A stretch of 64,000 nucleotides of DNA from Abditibacterium sp. (lineage in GTDB: Bacteria > Armatimonadota > Abditibacteriia > Abditibacteriales > Abditibacteriaceae): positions 800,001 to 864,000 of the forward strand of contig OZ251992.1 of assembly GCA_965246885.1 (NCBI GenBank), given 5' to 3'. A program made the translations under genes and the position numbers. Below the pieces are notes generated by a model. That model had not been told where the DNA came from, ran no database searches, and saw only the letters and a program-made list of their open reading frames with translations. This document shows positions 54,734 through 63,536 of this stretch, piece by piece (position 1 is the stretch's first letter; each line of letters begins with the position of its first letter).

Positions 54734-55387
54734 TTAGTTCGGGCACATGGTGTAGGCGTATGCATCAGGAGCGTTTGGAGGCGCCGGACAACTAAAATCG
54801 TAAGTCGCGTTTTCCCCGACGGATTTGACGTGGCCATCCACGAACAAACAGTTCTTCCTCTCAAGGTGTCTGGCACCATTCCCTGGGCTTGCGAGAAAGA
54901 ACTGCAGACCCGTGTCGTAGGAAGAAGGGCCAACTTCGTATGAATCGAAACAAAGGATGGTGCGGTCGGGAGCGGCTACTTTGCTGGAACTCATGTTGGT
55001 GATGTACAAATTGATGGCATACGAGGTGTAGGCACTAAATTCTGTGAAATTGACCCGTGCCGAAGATGGGCATTGATAAAGCCGCGCGTCTTTGAGATAC
55101 GGAAGAACCCTTTTTGTCCAGCCCACTCCCTGCCCATAAGGAAGAGTGGTGGCGTTCGCTGGAACATTCAACTCATCGCCATTCCAAGCGACAGGAAGAC
55201 GCCCCGCGTCCGCTTCGTACATTTGCAACGCCAAGCCGATTTGCTTGAGGTTGCTTTGGCACTGTGTCGAGCGCGCCTGCTCGCGCACTCTGGAAAACAC
55301 GGGGAAAAGGATGGCCGCCAATATCCCGATGATCGCTAACACCACAAGGATTTCCACGAGGGTGAACGCTGCTATTTTTGTTTTCAA
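54734..55387 (-). CDS. prepilin-type N-terminal cleavage/methylation protein, H-X9-DG domain
   Basis: TTG start, [61 protein letters not shown]. Confidence 0.92.
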   Translation of the reverse strand: MKTKIAAFTLVEILVVLAIIGILAAILFPVFSRVREQARSTQCQSNLKQIGLALQMYEADAGRLPVAWNGDELNVPANATTLPYGQGVGWTKRVLPYLKDARLYQCPSSARVNFTEFSAYTSYAINLYITNMSSSKVAAPDRTILCFDSYEVGPSSYDTGLQFFLASPGNGARHLERKNCLFVDGHVKSVGENATYDFSCPAPPNAPDAYAYTMCPN

Positions 55388-55401
55388 TGATGCTGGCCTC
55401 G

Positions 55402-55432
55402 AACCCGGCCAGAAGGTTATTCTGGCCGGGTT
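55402..55432. terminator. perfect 13-bp intercistronic stem-loop
   Basis: aacccggccagaa-ggtta-ttctggccgggtt. Confidence 0.75.
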
Positions 55433-55438
55433 TTGATG

Positions 55439-55864
55439 TTAGGCTGGTGGGCCGCCGCACGTCGTTAAAGCGACCCACGGTACTTGGCCGGCAAATGCCA
55501 TCGTTCCAGTGATGCTGCCCGCGCAGCCTGCTGCACTGTAGCCAGTAAGAACCACTGTAGTCGGTCGAGGCACTGGTGTGCAAACATAGCCAGTCGGAAA
55601 GAAGCTCTGCCGACAAGTGCGCGATGGATCAGGGGTGTTAACTCGTCTGAGAGACACAGTGGGCGGCGTCCTATTCGTAAAAGGCCCCGTGCCGACGGAG
55701 CATTGGGCGGGATTAGCAACTTCGTCGTAAGTGCCAAAGCAGGCGCCGAACGCAGAAGGCGCATAAGCGATGGTCAATAAACCAGCCGCAGCAACCAGAC
55801 GCTTTGCTGAGGAAATCAGCAAGAGAAGTTTCCGAGTTGTAGAATGGTGTCTGGGAGTTCTCAT
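55439..55864 (-). CDS. small Cys-rich secreted protein
   Basis: ATG at 55864 with AGGCGG upstream, long signal peptide ending SAFG/A, 6 Cys in the mature part. Confidence 0.7.
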   Translation of the reverse strand: MRTPRHHSTTRKLLLLISSAKRLVAAAGLLTIAYAPSAFGACFGTYDEVANPAQCSVGTGPFTNRTPPTVSLRRVNTPDPSRTCRQSFFPTGYVCTPVPRPTTVVLTGYSAAGCAGSITGTMAFAGQVPWVALTTCGGPPA

Positions 55865-56041
55865 TGGGCCGCCTAAGAATCGAAGCGGGCCACGACAAAT
55901 CTTACATCCCGAACTCACTTATCACAAGAGAAATAAGGGGGGGGGATGGGAGTGTTCTCAGTATTCGGCACGGTAGCCCCGCTCTATGCTTGGAGGGCCG
56001 CATTTCGCCTAAAATAAAACCCGTTTCCAACGGAAAAACAT

Positions 56042-57058
56042 ATGGCACGACCAGTTACCCTTTTCACCGGCCAGTGGGCCGACCTGTCCCTATCCGAACT
56101 CGCGCCCCTCGCCAAGCAGATGGGCTTTGACGGACTCGAACTCGCCTGCTGGGGCGACCACTTGGACGTGGAGCAGGCCGCCCACGACCAAAGCTATTGC
56201 GACGCGCAAAAGAAAATCCTCGCCGACAACGGGCTGTCGCTTTTCGCCATCAGCAACCACCTCGCGGGTCAAGCCGTTTCCGACAAGGTGGACGAGCGCC
56301 ACAAAGCGATTCTCAGCCCGCGCGTGTGGGGCGACGGCGACCCGAAAGGGGTCAATCACCGCGCCGCCGAGGAGATGAAGCTGACCGCGCGCGCCGCCAA
56401 GAACCTCGGCCTCAAGATCGTCAATGGTTTTACAGGTAGCCCCATTTGGCCTTACCTGTATTCGTTCCCGCCCGTTGGCCCGACCGTCATAGATGATGGC
56501 TTCAAGTCCTTCGCCGCCGACTGGAACCCCATCCTCGATGTCTTCGACGAGTGCGGCGTCGTGTTCGCCCTCGAAGTCCACCCGACCGAGATCGCCTTCG
56601 ACATCGTGACGGCGCAGCGCGCCATAGACGCCTTGGGTGGCCGCAAAACCTTCGGATTTAACTACGACCCCTCGCATCTCGGCTATCAAGGCGTGGACTA
56701 CGTGCGCTTCTTGTATGAGTTCGCCGACCGCATTTACCACGTCCACATGAAGGACGTCTATTGGTCGCCCACCCTGACCCGTTCCGGCGTGTTCGGCGGG
56801 CATCTGAACTTCGGCGACCACAACCGCTATTGGAACTTCCGCTCCTTGGGGCACGGCTCCGTCAACTTCGAGGAGATCATCCGCGCCCTCAACGACATTG
56901 GCTACCAAGGCCCGCTCTCCAACGAGTGGGAAGACTCCGGCATGGACAGAGTTCACGGCGCCACCGAAGCCGCCGCCTTCATCAAACGCTCCGACTTCAA
57001 ACCCAGCGACCGCGCCTTCGACGCCGCGTTTGATAAAGAAGAGCAGCCGGAAGGCTAA
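56042..57058 (+). CDS. sugar phosphate isomerase/epimerase (AP endonuclease-2 TIM barrel)
   Basis: [45 protein letters not shown]. Confidence 0.92.
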   Translation: MARPVTLFTGQWADLSLSELAPLAKQMGFDGLELACWGDHLDVEQAAHDQSYCDAQKKILADNGLSLFAISNHLAGQAVSDKVDERHKAILSPRVWGDGDPKGVNHRAAEEMKLTARAAKNLGLKIVNGFTGSPIWPYLYSFPPVGPTVIDDGFKSFAADWNPILDVFDECGVVFALEVHPTEIAFDIVTAQRAIDALGGRKTFGFNYDPSHLGYQGVDYVRFLYEFADRIYHVHMKDVYWSPTLTRSGVFGGHLNFGDHNRYWNFRSLGHGSVNFEEIIRALNDIGYQGPLSNEWEDSGMDRVHGATEAAAFIKRSDFKPSDRAFDAAFDKEEQPEG

Positions 57059-57103
57059 AGTGGGCAAGCGACAAGCGCGGCGAACGGGATGTTCGCCGCG
57101 CTT

Positions 57104-58114
57104 CTACGTTTGGTCAGGCGAAAGTCCCGGCGCGTTGTCAGCGCACCAGTCGCGCACGGTCAAGCGCGCTTCGAGCCGTTCGTGGTGCGTGAACGGGCCT
57201 TGCGCGGAGACGCCAACGCTTCGCTCGGTATCGCGCCCCTGGAGGGCGAAAGGGGAAGGCGCGAGACTTTGAAACGAGTAGCCGGGAACCAGATGCAGCG
57301 CGAACGAGCGCGCAATGGCAATTAGCAAAGGGCTTTCCTGCATTTTTCGGTGGTGGCAAATACGGCCTTCGCGCTGGTAAGCGGAGAAGTCAAAGATGGG
57401 CGGACGGTCGAGGTGGGTGAAGCGAACGCCGAACCTGCGCTCCATCCCGTCGGGCCAGTCATAACACGCGATGAGCGCGGCGCGCACGAGTGACTCGAAC
57501 TCGCTCCGCGTGCCGTTGCCAAAGCGAAGCGGGTGTTCTTGGTCTTCGACGGGCAATTCCAAAAACTCGAACGCGCCCGCCAAACGTCCGCGCCTGTCTT
57601 GAAGGAGCGGCCACAACCGCTCGGCGAAGAACTCAGCGCCTTGTCCCAAGCGTCTCATTTCGCGCCAACGCGGAGAATCTTTGGGCCAATGGGTGTCAGG
57701 GGAGAAGCGCACCGCGCGATTGGTGACGGTGCTTTGTAGGAAGAACTCCAAACGCCCGCGCCATAACACCCGCCACACGCCAGTTTTGTCTGCGCGCGGG
57801 TCAGCGAGGGAAATGGCCCGCGCCCACGCGCCGTGATGGATTTGGTGTTTGAACTCGGCCCGCATCGCGCGTAGGTCAGTGCTTTGAGCGGTCTGCACGA
57901 ACCAATTGCCGTAGCGCAGGGACGACATTTGTGGTCGCATGGGGCCATCGCTGAACACGCCGAAGAAGTCGGGAGAGTCCTCGATCCAGAACCAGAAGAA
58001 ATCGGGCGCACGCCAGATGTGCCAACGCTCCCGGCCCCATTCACGGCGCGTCTCAACGACCAGAAGCGGGTGGTGCGAGGTGCTAAAAAGCGGGTCGCGG
58101 TTGAAGGCCAGCAT
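57104..58114 (-). CDS. hypothetical protein (Trp/Arg-rich)
   Basis: 336-aa ORF filling the gap between two plus-strand genes. Confidence 0.65.
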   Translation of the reverse strand: MLAFNRDPLFSTSHHPLLVVETRREWGRERWHIWRAPDFFWFWIEDSPDFFGVFSDGPMRPQMSSLRYGNWFVQTAQSTDLRAMRAEFKHQIHHGAWARAISLADPRADKTGVWRVLWRGRLEFFLQSTVTNRAVRFSPDTHWPKDSPRWREMRRLGQGAEFFAERLWPLLQDRRGRLAGAFEFLELPVEDQEHPLRFGNGTRSEFESLVRAALIACYDWPDGMERRFGVRFTHLDRPPIFDFSAYQREGRICHHRKMQESPLLIAIARSFALHLVPGYSFQSLAPSPFALQGRDTERSVGVSAQGPFTHHERLEARLTVRDWCADNAPGLSPDQT

Positions 58115-58138
58115 GGAAAGGGGTTAACTGCGCCCGTT

Positions 58139-58891
58139 ATGAGCAATTACAAACAAGCGGTCGCGCGCTGGTCTTTTGGGGCGTTGCCGCTCGATGCGTT
58201 TCCGCAGGTGCGGGCAATGGGGATTGAGGGCGTGGAGATGCCGCCGTCCGCAGAGATAGCGCCGTTACGGGACATGGGGTTCACCATCGTGTCCATTGGC
58301 GGGCACACCACCCTCGAAGATGGGCTGAACAAGCGCGAGAACCATACGCGCATCCAAGATGAACTGGGGAAGACCCTCGAAACTGCGAAGCAGTTTAGCA
58401 TCCCCAATCTCATCGTTTTCTCCGGCAACCGCAACGGCAAATCGGAGCAAGAGGGCGCCCACAACACGGTTGAAGGGTTAAATATGGTCAAGGGGATGGC
58501 GGAAGCGGCGGGCGTCACGCTCGTCTTGGAGCTACTCAATTCCAAAGTAGACCACCCCGATTACCAATGCGACCACACGGCGTGGGGCGCGCAGGTCGTG
58601 TCCGCCGTCAACTCGCCGCGCGTCAAGCTCTTGTACGACATCTACCACATGCAAATCATGGAAGGCGACCTCATTCGCACCATCAAGACCCACATCGGGC
58701 ACATCGGGCACTTCCACACGGCGGGCAATCCGGGCCGGGGCGACTTGAACGAGAAGCAGGAAATCTACTACCCCGCTATCGCCCGCGCGATTAACCAAGC
58801 GGGTTACACCGGCTGGGTCGGCCACGAATACAGCCCCAAAGCGGCGCCACTTGAATCCTTACAAGAAGCGTTCGACGCTTGGAATGTTTGA
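58139..58891 (+). CDS. hydroxypyruvate isomerase family TIM barrel
   Basis: LELLNSKVDHPDY, LLYDIYHMQIMEGD, HFHTAGNPGR, VGHEY. ATG at 58139. Confidence 0.92.
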   Translation: MSNYKQAVARWSFGALPLDAFPQVRAMGIEGVEMPPSAEIAPLRDMGFTIVSIGGHTTLEDGLNKRENHTRIQDELGKTLETAKQFSIPNLIVFSGNRNGKSEQEGAHNTVEGLNMVKGMAEAAGVTLVLELLNSKVDHPDYQCDHTAWGAQVVSAVNSPRVKLLYDIYHMQIMEGDLIRTIKTHIGHIGHFHTAGNPGRGDLNEKQEIYYPAIARAINQAGYTGWVGHEYSPKAAPLESLQEAFDAWNV

Positions 58892-58914
58892 AAGGAACAC
58901 GAAGCGGGGATAAT

Positions 58915-58946
58915 AAAGGGGGCGAAGCGGAGGCTCGCCCCCTTTT
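58915..58946 (+). terminator. intrinsic terminator
   Basis: aaagggggcgaagc-ggag-gctcgccccctttt. Confidence 0.7.
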
Positions 58947-58949
58947 ATC

Positions 58950-59567
58950 ATGTTCTGGAAACGACTTTACCCCGTTGAAAAGCTCGCAGTTGCGGGCGCA
59001 ATGGGTTTAGTGGCGGCGCTCTTTGTGTTTCCGATGTTCGCGCGGTCGCGCGACACTGGCGTGCGTCGCGCGCCGTGCCAATCGAATCTCAAACTGCTCG
59101 GCCTCGCTTTCGCGCAGTACGAGCAAGACCACAACGACCAATTCCCACCCGCCAAGGCGGATGGCGCGGCGTATGGTTGGGCCGGTTTGCTCTTGCCCTA
59201 CACGAAATCAACGCAACTTCTCCAGTGTCCAAGCGAGCCGCACGATGGGCAACCCAAGCCCAAACTCACCGGATACACAGATTACTGGTATGACTCGCGC
59301 TTGTTCGGTCGCGCAATGGGCGATCTGGGCTTACCCGCGCAAGTGTTGATGTGTGGAGACGGCAACGACGGCACGGAAACGACAAACGCGCGCTACGCGC
59401 TTTCCAGTTTTCCACCCAAATGGACAAACGACGAAAAATCGCCGATGTTCCGGCACGAGGGAGCGGCCAATTACCTCTTCGCCGATGGGCACGTCAAGGG
59501 CATAACGCCGCCGGACGCGGTGGCGCTGTGGAGTCCGCAGGGGCCGCCAACCAACGGCAACCCATAG
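58950..59567 (+). CDS. H-X9-DG / DUF1559-like protein with degenerate prepilin leader
   Basis: KRLYPVEKLAV..FPMFAR..CQSNLKLLGLA, LQCPSE, HEGAANYLFADGHVK. Confidence 0.88.
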   Translation: MFWKRLYPVEKLAVAGAMGLVAALFVFPMFARSRDTGVRRAPCQSNLKLLGLAFAQYEQDHNDQFPPAKADGAAYGWAGLLLPYTKSTQLLQCPSEPHDGQPKPKLTGYTDYWYDSRLFGRAMGDLGLPAQVLMCGDGNDGTETTNARYALSSFPPKWTNDEKSPMFRHEGAANYLFADGHVKGITPPDAVALWSPQGPPTNGNP

Positions 59568-59581
59568 GGGTGCCCACGCTT

Positions 59582-60046
59582 TTACGCCGCCTCGCCGATG
59601 CTTAAAATCTCGAATTGCACCTGCGGGTTAATGTGGACGATGTCGCCGACTTTTTTGCCCAGCAGGGCTTGACCGATGGGCGACTCTTCCGACGCGGCGC
59701 CGTCGGTGAACTCCATTTCTTCGCTGCCCACGATGGTGTATAAGCGCTCCGCTCCGTTGGTGAGGTTCTTGATTTTGACGGGCACGCCTAGCACGACACT
59801 CTCGAAACTGCCGCCTTCAACGATGACGGCGTCTTCGAGGCGCGATTCCAAGCCGGAGATGCGTCCTTCGAGGATGCCAAGGGCTTGGCGGGCGGCGTGA
59901 TACCCGGCGTTTTCGCGCAGGTCGCCCAGTTCGCGCGCGTCTTTGACTTCCAAGCGCAGGTCAACGCGGTCTTGTTTGAGTTGTTCGAGTTCGGCTGTGA
60001 GGCGTTCAAAGCCTTCGCGCGTGAATTGCGCTTGAAATCCTGCCAT
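59582..60046 (-). CDS. greA: transcription elongation factor GreA/GreB
   Basis: TREGFERL..EL, ARELGDLRENAGYHAAR, SPIGQALLGKKVGD. Confidence 0.94.
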   Translation of the reverse strand: MAGFQAQFTREGFERLTAELEQLKQDRVDLRLEVKDARELGDLRENAGYHAARQALGILEGRISGLESRLEDAVIVEGGSFESVVLGVPVKIKNLTNGAERLYTIVGSEEMEFTDGAASEESPIGQALLGKKVGDIVHINPQVQFEILSIGEAA

Positions 60047-60060
60047 GTGTGATGCTCCGA

Positions 60061-60129
60061 AAAAGTAGAAAAAGGCGGCGCATCGCGCTCGCCCCGATGG
60101 GGAGGAACTCTCCTGTCCCCCTCAGTTTA
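60061..60129 (-). promoter_or_regulatory. greA leader with -10-like TAAACT, a hairpin and a terminator-like hairpin
   Basis: TAAACT at 60129-60124, gggga..tcccc stem at 60120-60099, ggcg-a-gcgc-gat-gcgc-cgcc then TTTTT at 60093-60069. Confidence 0.6.
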
Positions 60130-60352
60130 AGCGCCTAACGCCCGCATTGACAGAGGCTTTGCGTTTGGGCCTTGAATTTTCCCGCCCAATTGCAGAAGCT
60201 AAGGGGGTCGTTTCCGCGTCTGGCCCCGCGATTGGCCCTCCTCAGGGAGGCATCCGATTTGCGGCAAGGGTGCGGCGTTGCTCGCGGAGTGGCTTCGGTT
60301 CGTTTGTTCCGATTGCCGCTTCCCCAAGAAAAAACTTCGGAAGAAGACTCCT

Positions 60353-60589
60353 ATGCAAATGCGTAAAATCATCATCGCCCTGGCTTTGGCCATTGTCACT
60401 GCCGCCGCAGTGTCCGTCCCGTCCGCCCAAGCGCAGACTTATCCGTCGGTCGCCGGTTTGACCGCGTTCTCGCCCGAATGCAACTTCATGTCGAAGCCCG
60501 GCTACTTGCGCTATCGCTACTATCAGACGTCGAAGGATTTCATCTCGTATGAAACCGCCGCCCGCGTCGTGACCGAACAAGGCGGCTAA
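60353..60589 (+). CDS. small secreted protein (78 aa)
   Basis: Signal peptide ..AQA, mature TYPSVAGLTAFSPECNFMSKPGYLRYRYY.., strongly biased codons, terminator follows. Confidence 0.8.
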   Translation: MQMRKIIIALALAIVTAAAVSVPSAQAQTYPSVAGLTAFSPECNFMSKPGYLRYRYYQTSKDFISYETAARVVTEQGG

Positions 60590-60602
60590 TTGCTCCGCTT
60601 CC

Positions 60603-60636
60603 AAATAACCCGCGTCCCCAACGGCGCGGGTTGTTT
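60603..60636 (+). terminator. intrinsic terminator
   Basis: aaataacccgcg...cgcgggttgttt. Confidence 0.75.
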
Positions 60637-60653
60637 GCGTTTAGTGTGTCCCC

Positions 60654-60815
60654 GTTTGGCGGACGTCCGCCAAACAGCGACAGACGTCCGCCGAACATTC
60701 CCAGACGTCCGGCGCCGAAAAGCGGACGTCCGCCGACGAATGACAGAGGTCTGTCACCGCCCGACAGACGTTTCTGGGCGTGTCGCCGCCCTCCGCTTTT
60801 CCTCGACGGACGTAT
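60654..60815. repeat. 21-bp-period array D (GACGTC palindromic cores)
   Basis: GACGTC at 60662, 60683, 60704 and 60725. In-phase variants GAGGTC 60746, GACGTT 60767, GCCCTC 60788 and GACGTA 60809. Confidence 0.92.
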
Positions 60816-60941
60816 TTCGTCGGCTCACCGGCGGCTTTTAGGCGGTGACGGGAGATTTTCTTTGCCATCCGGGGCGACTTTGGACGGGTTCGGGTGTCTG
60901 TTTTTTGGCGCCGCTTGTTTTTGAGCGCGCCCAAGGACTTC

Positions 60942-63332
60942 GTGCTTTACCCCACTCCTCGCTTTTTTTACCCCCGCTCCGCCGCCCTCGTCGGCGGATT
61001 GCTGTTGCTCGGCTCGCCCACATGGGCGCAAACACCCGTCGCCAATTTGCCCATCGCACCGACACTTCCCACCCCAACGCCGCCCGCACCGGTTGCCGCG
61101 CCCGCTCCGGTTCCGGCACCTGTCGCAGTCAGGCCCTCTCTCGACGCGACCGCCATTTCCGTCAACATCAACGGGCGCACTGTCGCTTCCGACCCCGCGC
61201 CGCGACTGGTCGGGGGCACCGTGTATGTCCCTCTGCGCGGGGTGTTGGAAGCGCTCGGCGCGCAGGTGAACTTTCTGCCGTCGGTGAACCGCATTGACAT
61301 CGTGCAGAGCGGCAAGACTTATTCGCTGCGCCCCGAAAAGAGTGGGGCCATCGCCGATGGGAAGTTGGTGGATTTGGCGCAGTCCAAGAGTTTCGACGGG
61401 CGCACTTTTGTGCCGCTTCGCGCCCTCGCGCAGTTGTTCGGCTATGGCGTGGCGTGGCAGAGCGCGACGCGCACCGTCGCCATCACGAGTAAGGAGGGGC
61501 TGGCGATTGGCTTTGTGGATCACCGCCAAGCCCTGAATAAGGCCGGAAATATCGGGGTGGGGGTGGACTTCGCCGCGTTTGCGCCCGAACAGGTCAATAC
61601 GCTGTTGGACGAAGCCAAAGCGTCGGGTGCGGGCTTGATTAAGTTCCGCTTTGACTGGGGCACGCTCGAAGCGGATAAGGGCGCGGCGTTCAACTGGCCA
61701 GTGTATGACCGCATCGTCAAAGCGGCGCGGGAGCGGGGATTCGTGATTGTGGGCATCTTGGGCGACACGGCGCCTTGGGCGTCGGTGAACATCACTGGCG
61801 ATGCCCGCGTGAAGCGCCTGTCTCCACCGCGCCCCGAAACATACTCGGCGTGGCAGAACTACGTGTCGCGTGTGGTGGGCCGCTACAAAAATGACGTGCA
61901 AGCGTGGCAAGTGTGGGAAAACCCCGACGCCGCGAACTTCTTTTCCGTGCCGCGCACCTACCGCCGCTTGGCATCCATCGCGCTCGACGCGGCGCACAAG
62001 GCGGACAAGAACGCGGTTGTGCATCTGGCCGAACCCGGTGCCGTTGACCTTACCTTTCTGGACGACCTTAATCGCAACGGTTTGACGGCCAAGGCCGACG
62101 GAGTGGCGGTCTACCCGGTCGCGGGCTTCCAACCCGGCACACTGGAAGCGCCCGAAGCGTTTCTGAGGCCGTATGGCGCGCTACGTTCCTCGCTCGTGCC
62201 GCGCGATGGCAAGGCGCGCGACTTTTGGGTGGGCGGCGTTTCGTTTCCGGCCTCGGACGACCCGGCGCTGCCCGCGTTTTCCGAGCGCGCGCAGGCCGAT
62301 TTCGCCGTTCGTTGCCTTGCTTTGGGGTTGGTGGCGGGCGGCGGCAAAGCCTTTTACAGCAGTCTGCGTGACGCTCCGGGCTTTCGGGCGGGGCGCGGCT
62401 TGGTGCGCGCCGACGGGGTGCCGCGCCCTGCGCTGGCGGGTGTGGCGGCGCTGTCCAAAGCGGTTGGCAATCTGCCGTTTGCGGGCGCGCTCCAAGCCGA
62501 TGACAACGCTGTTGTGCTGCTTTTCGACAACAAAATTGAAGGGACGCTCGTCGCGTGGTCGCCGCGTGGCGGGGCACAGTTGCAACTGTCGCCGCTCGGC
62601 TTGCCCGCACCGGCGCCCGGTTTGATTGAAGTGGCCACCCGTCCCGATTCGGAGGTGTTCGACGCGACGGGAAAAAGTCTGGGACTTACGAGCGGCCCCT
62701 TGGCGCTTGGCAGTAGTCCGGTCATCATCACGCGCATTGGCGGCGAAACAGCTAAAGCGGTGCGCGCCCAAAGCGCCTCGTTGCAACTGCAAAACCCACT
62801 GCGTTTTGTGGGCGCGGCGGGGGCGAGCGTTGACCTTGGCACCGGAGAAGAAGCGGGATTAAACTTCCGTCGTTACGCCGCCTACGGCGGCGAAGCGCAG
62901 ATCTACTCTTCCTTTGAAGGCAAGAAGGGGTTGACCACAACGCCCCCCACGTCGGCGCTCGATCCCAATTCCGCCAACCCCTTCATTTATCTGGATGTGG
63001 ACGACGATTACTTGTACAACGCGCCGGGGGTGCCCGTCACGGTGACGCTGGAAGTGAAGCGCCCACCCGTCCAAGCCCAGAGCATCTTTACCTCGACGGC
63101 GGGGTTCCGTTTGGAATATGACGGGCAAGGCGGGCCGAAGACCACGAAATGGGTCGAAGTCGAGCCGGGAGAGGGCTGGGTGACGCTCTCGTTTGATTTG
63201 CCCGACGCCAAGTTTGCCAACTCGAACGGCTACGACTTGCTGGTCAACGCGGGCGGCTCGAAGATGGCGTTGACCTTTGGGCGTATCACTCTCGCGCCGA
63301 AACCGGCAACAGCCATAGCGCAAACGCCATAA
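60942..63332 (+). CDS. secreted protein with copper-amine-oxidase N-terminal-like (stalk) domain and clan GH-A-like TIM barrel
   Basis: GTG at 60942 with AAGGA. Two GTVYVPLR / GRTFVPLR repeats, then FRFDWGTLE..FNWPVYDRIV..VGRYK..WQVWENPD. Confidence 0.85.
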   Translation: MLYPTPRFFYPRSAALVGGLLLLGSPTWAQTPVANLPIAPTLPTPTPPAPVAAPAPVPAPVAVRPSLDATAISVNINGRTVASDPAPRLVGGTVYVPLRGVLEALGAQVNFLPSVNRIDIVQSGKTYSLRPEKSGAIADGKLVDLAQSKSFDGRTFVPLRALAQLFGYGVAWQSATRTVAITSKEGLAIGFVDHRQALNKAGNIGVGVDFAAFAPEQVNTLLDEAKASGAGLIKFRFDWGTLEADKGAAFNWPVYDRIVKAARERGFVIVGILGDTAPWASVNITGDARVKRLSPPRPETYSAWQNYVSRVVGRYKNDVQAWQVWENPDAANFFSVPRTYRRLASIALDAAHKADKNAVVHLAEPGAVDLTFLDDLNRNGLTAKADGVAVYPVAGFQPGTLEAPEAFLRPYGALRSSLVPRDGKARDFWVGGVSFPASDDPALPAFSERAQADFAVRCLALGLVAGGGKAFYSSLRDAPGFRAGRGLVRADGVPRPALAGVAALSKAVGNLPFAGALQADDNAVVLLFDNKIEGTLVAWSPRGGAQLQLSPLGLPAPAPGLIEVATRPDSEVFDATGKSLGLTSGPLALGSSPVIITRIGGETAKAVRAQSASLQLQNPLRFVGAAGASVDLGTGEEAGLNFRRYAAYGGEAQIYSSFEGKKGLTTTPPTSALDPNSANPFIYLDVDDDYLYNAPGVPVTVTLEVKRPPVQAQSIFTSTAGFRLEYDGQGGPKTTKWVEVEPGEGWVTLSFDLPDAKFANSNGYDLLVNAGGSKMALTFGRITLAPKPATAIAQTP

Positions 63333-63507
63333 GTGTCACCTTCCAACCGTGCGCAACCTCCAGTGCGCGCGGGTGTCCATTAGGAGCGTTCCCGTCACTT
63401 CTCTGGCCGTGCTGCGCTTGCAAACAAGCGGGGTATGGCATCAGATTGGCAACGGGCGACGCGGAGTTTTCAGAGGAATTGCTCGCACAACTTGCTTCTT
63501 GAGTCGC

Positions 63508-63536
63508 TTTACAAGAGGGGTGAGAGCGGTTAAAAT
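63508..63536 (+). promoter_or_regulatory. sigma70-type promoter for the SLH gene
   Basis: TTTACA, 17-bp spacer, TAAAAT. Confidence 0.65.

Noticed and set aside
12431..60815. 21-bp arrays as CRISPR arrays
   Set aside because: The whole unit is only 21 bp, the variable part is 7-14 bp, the repeats are degenerate and no cas gene is present.
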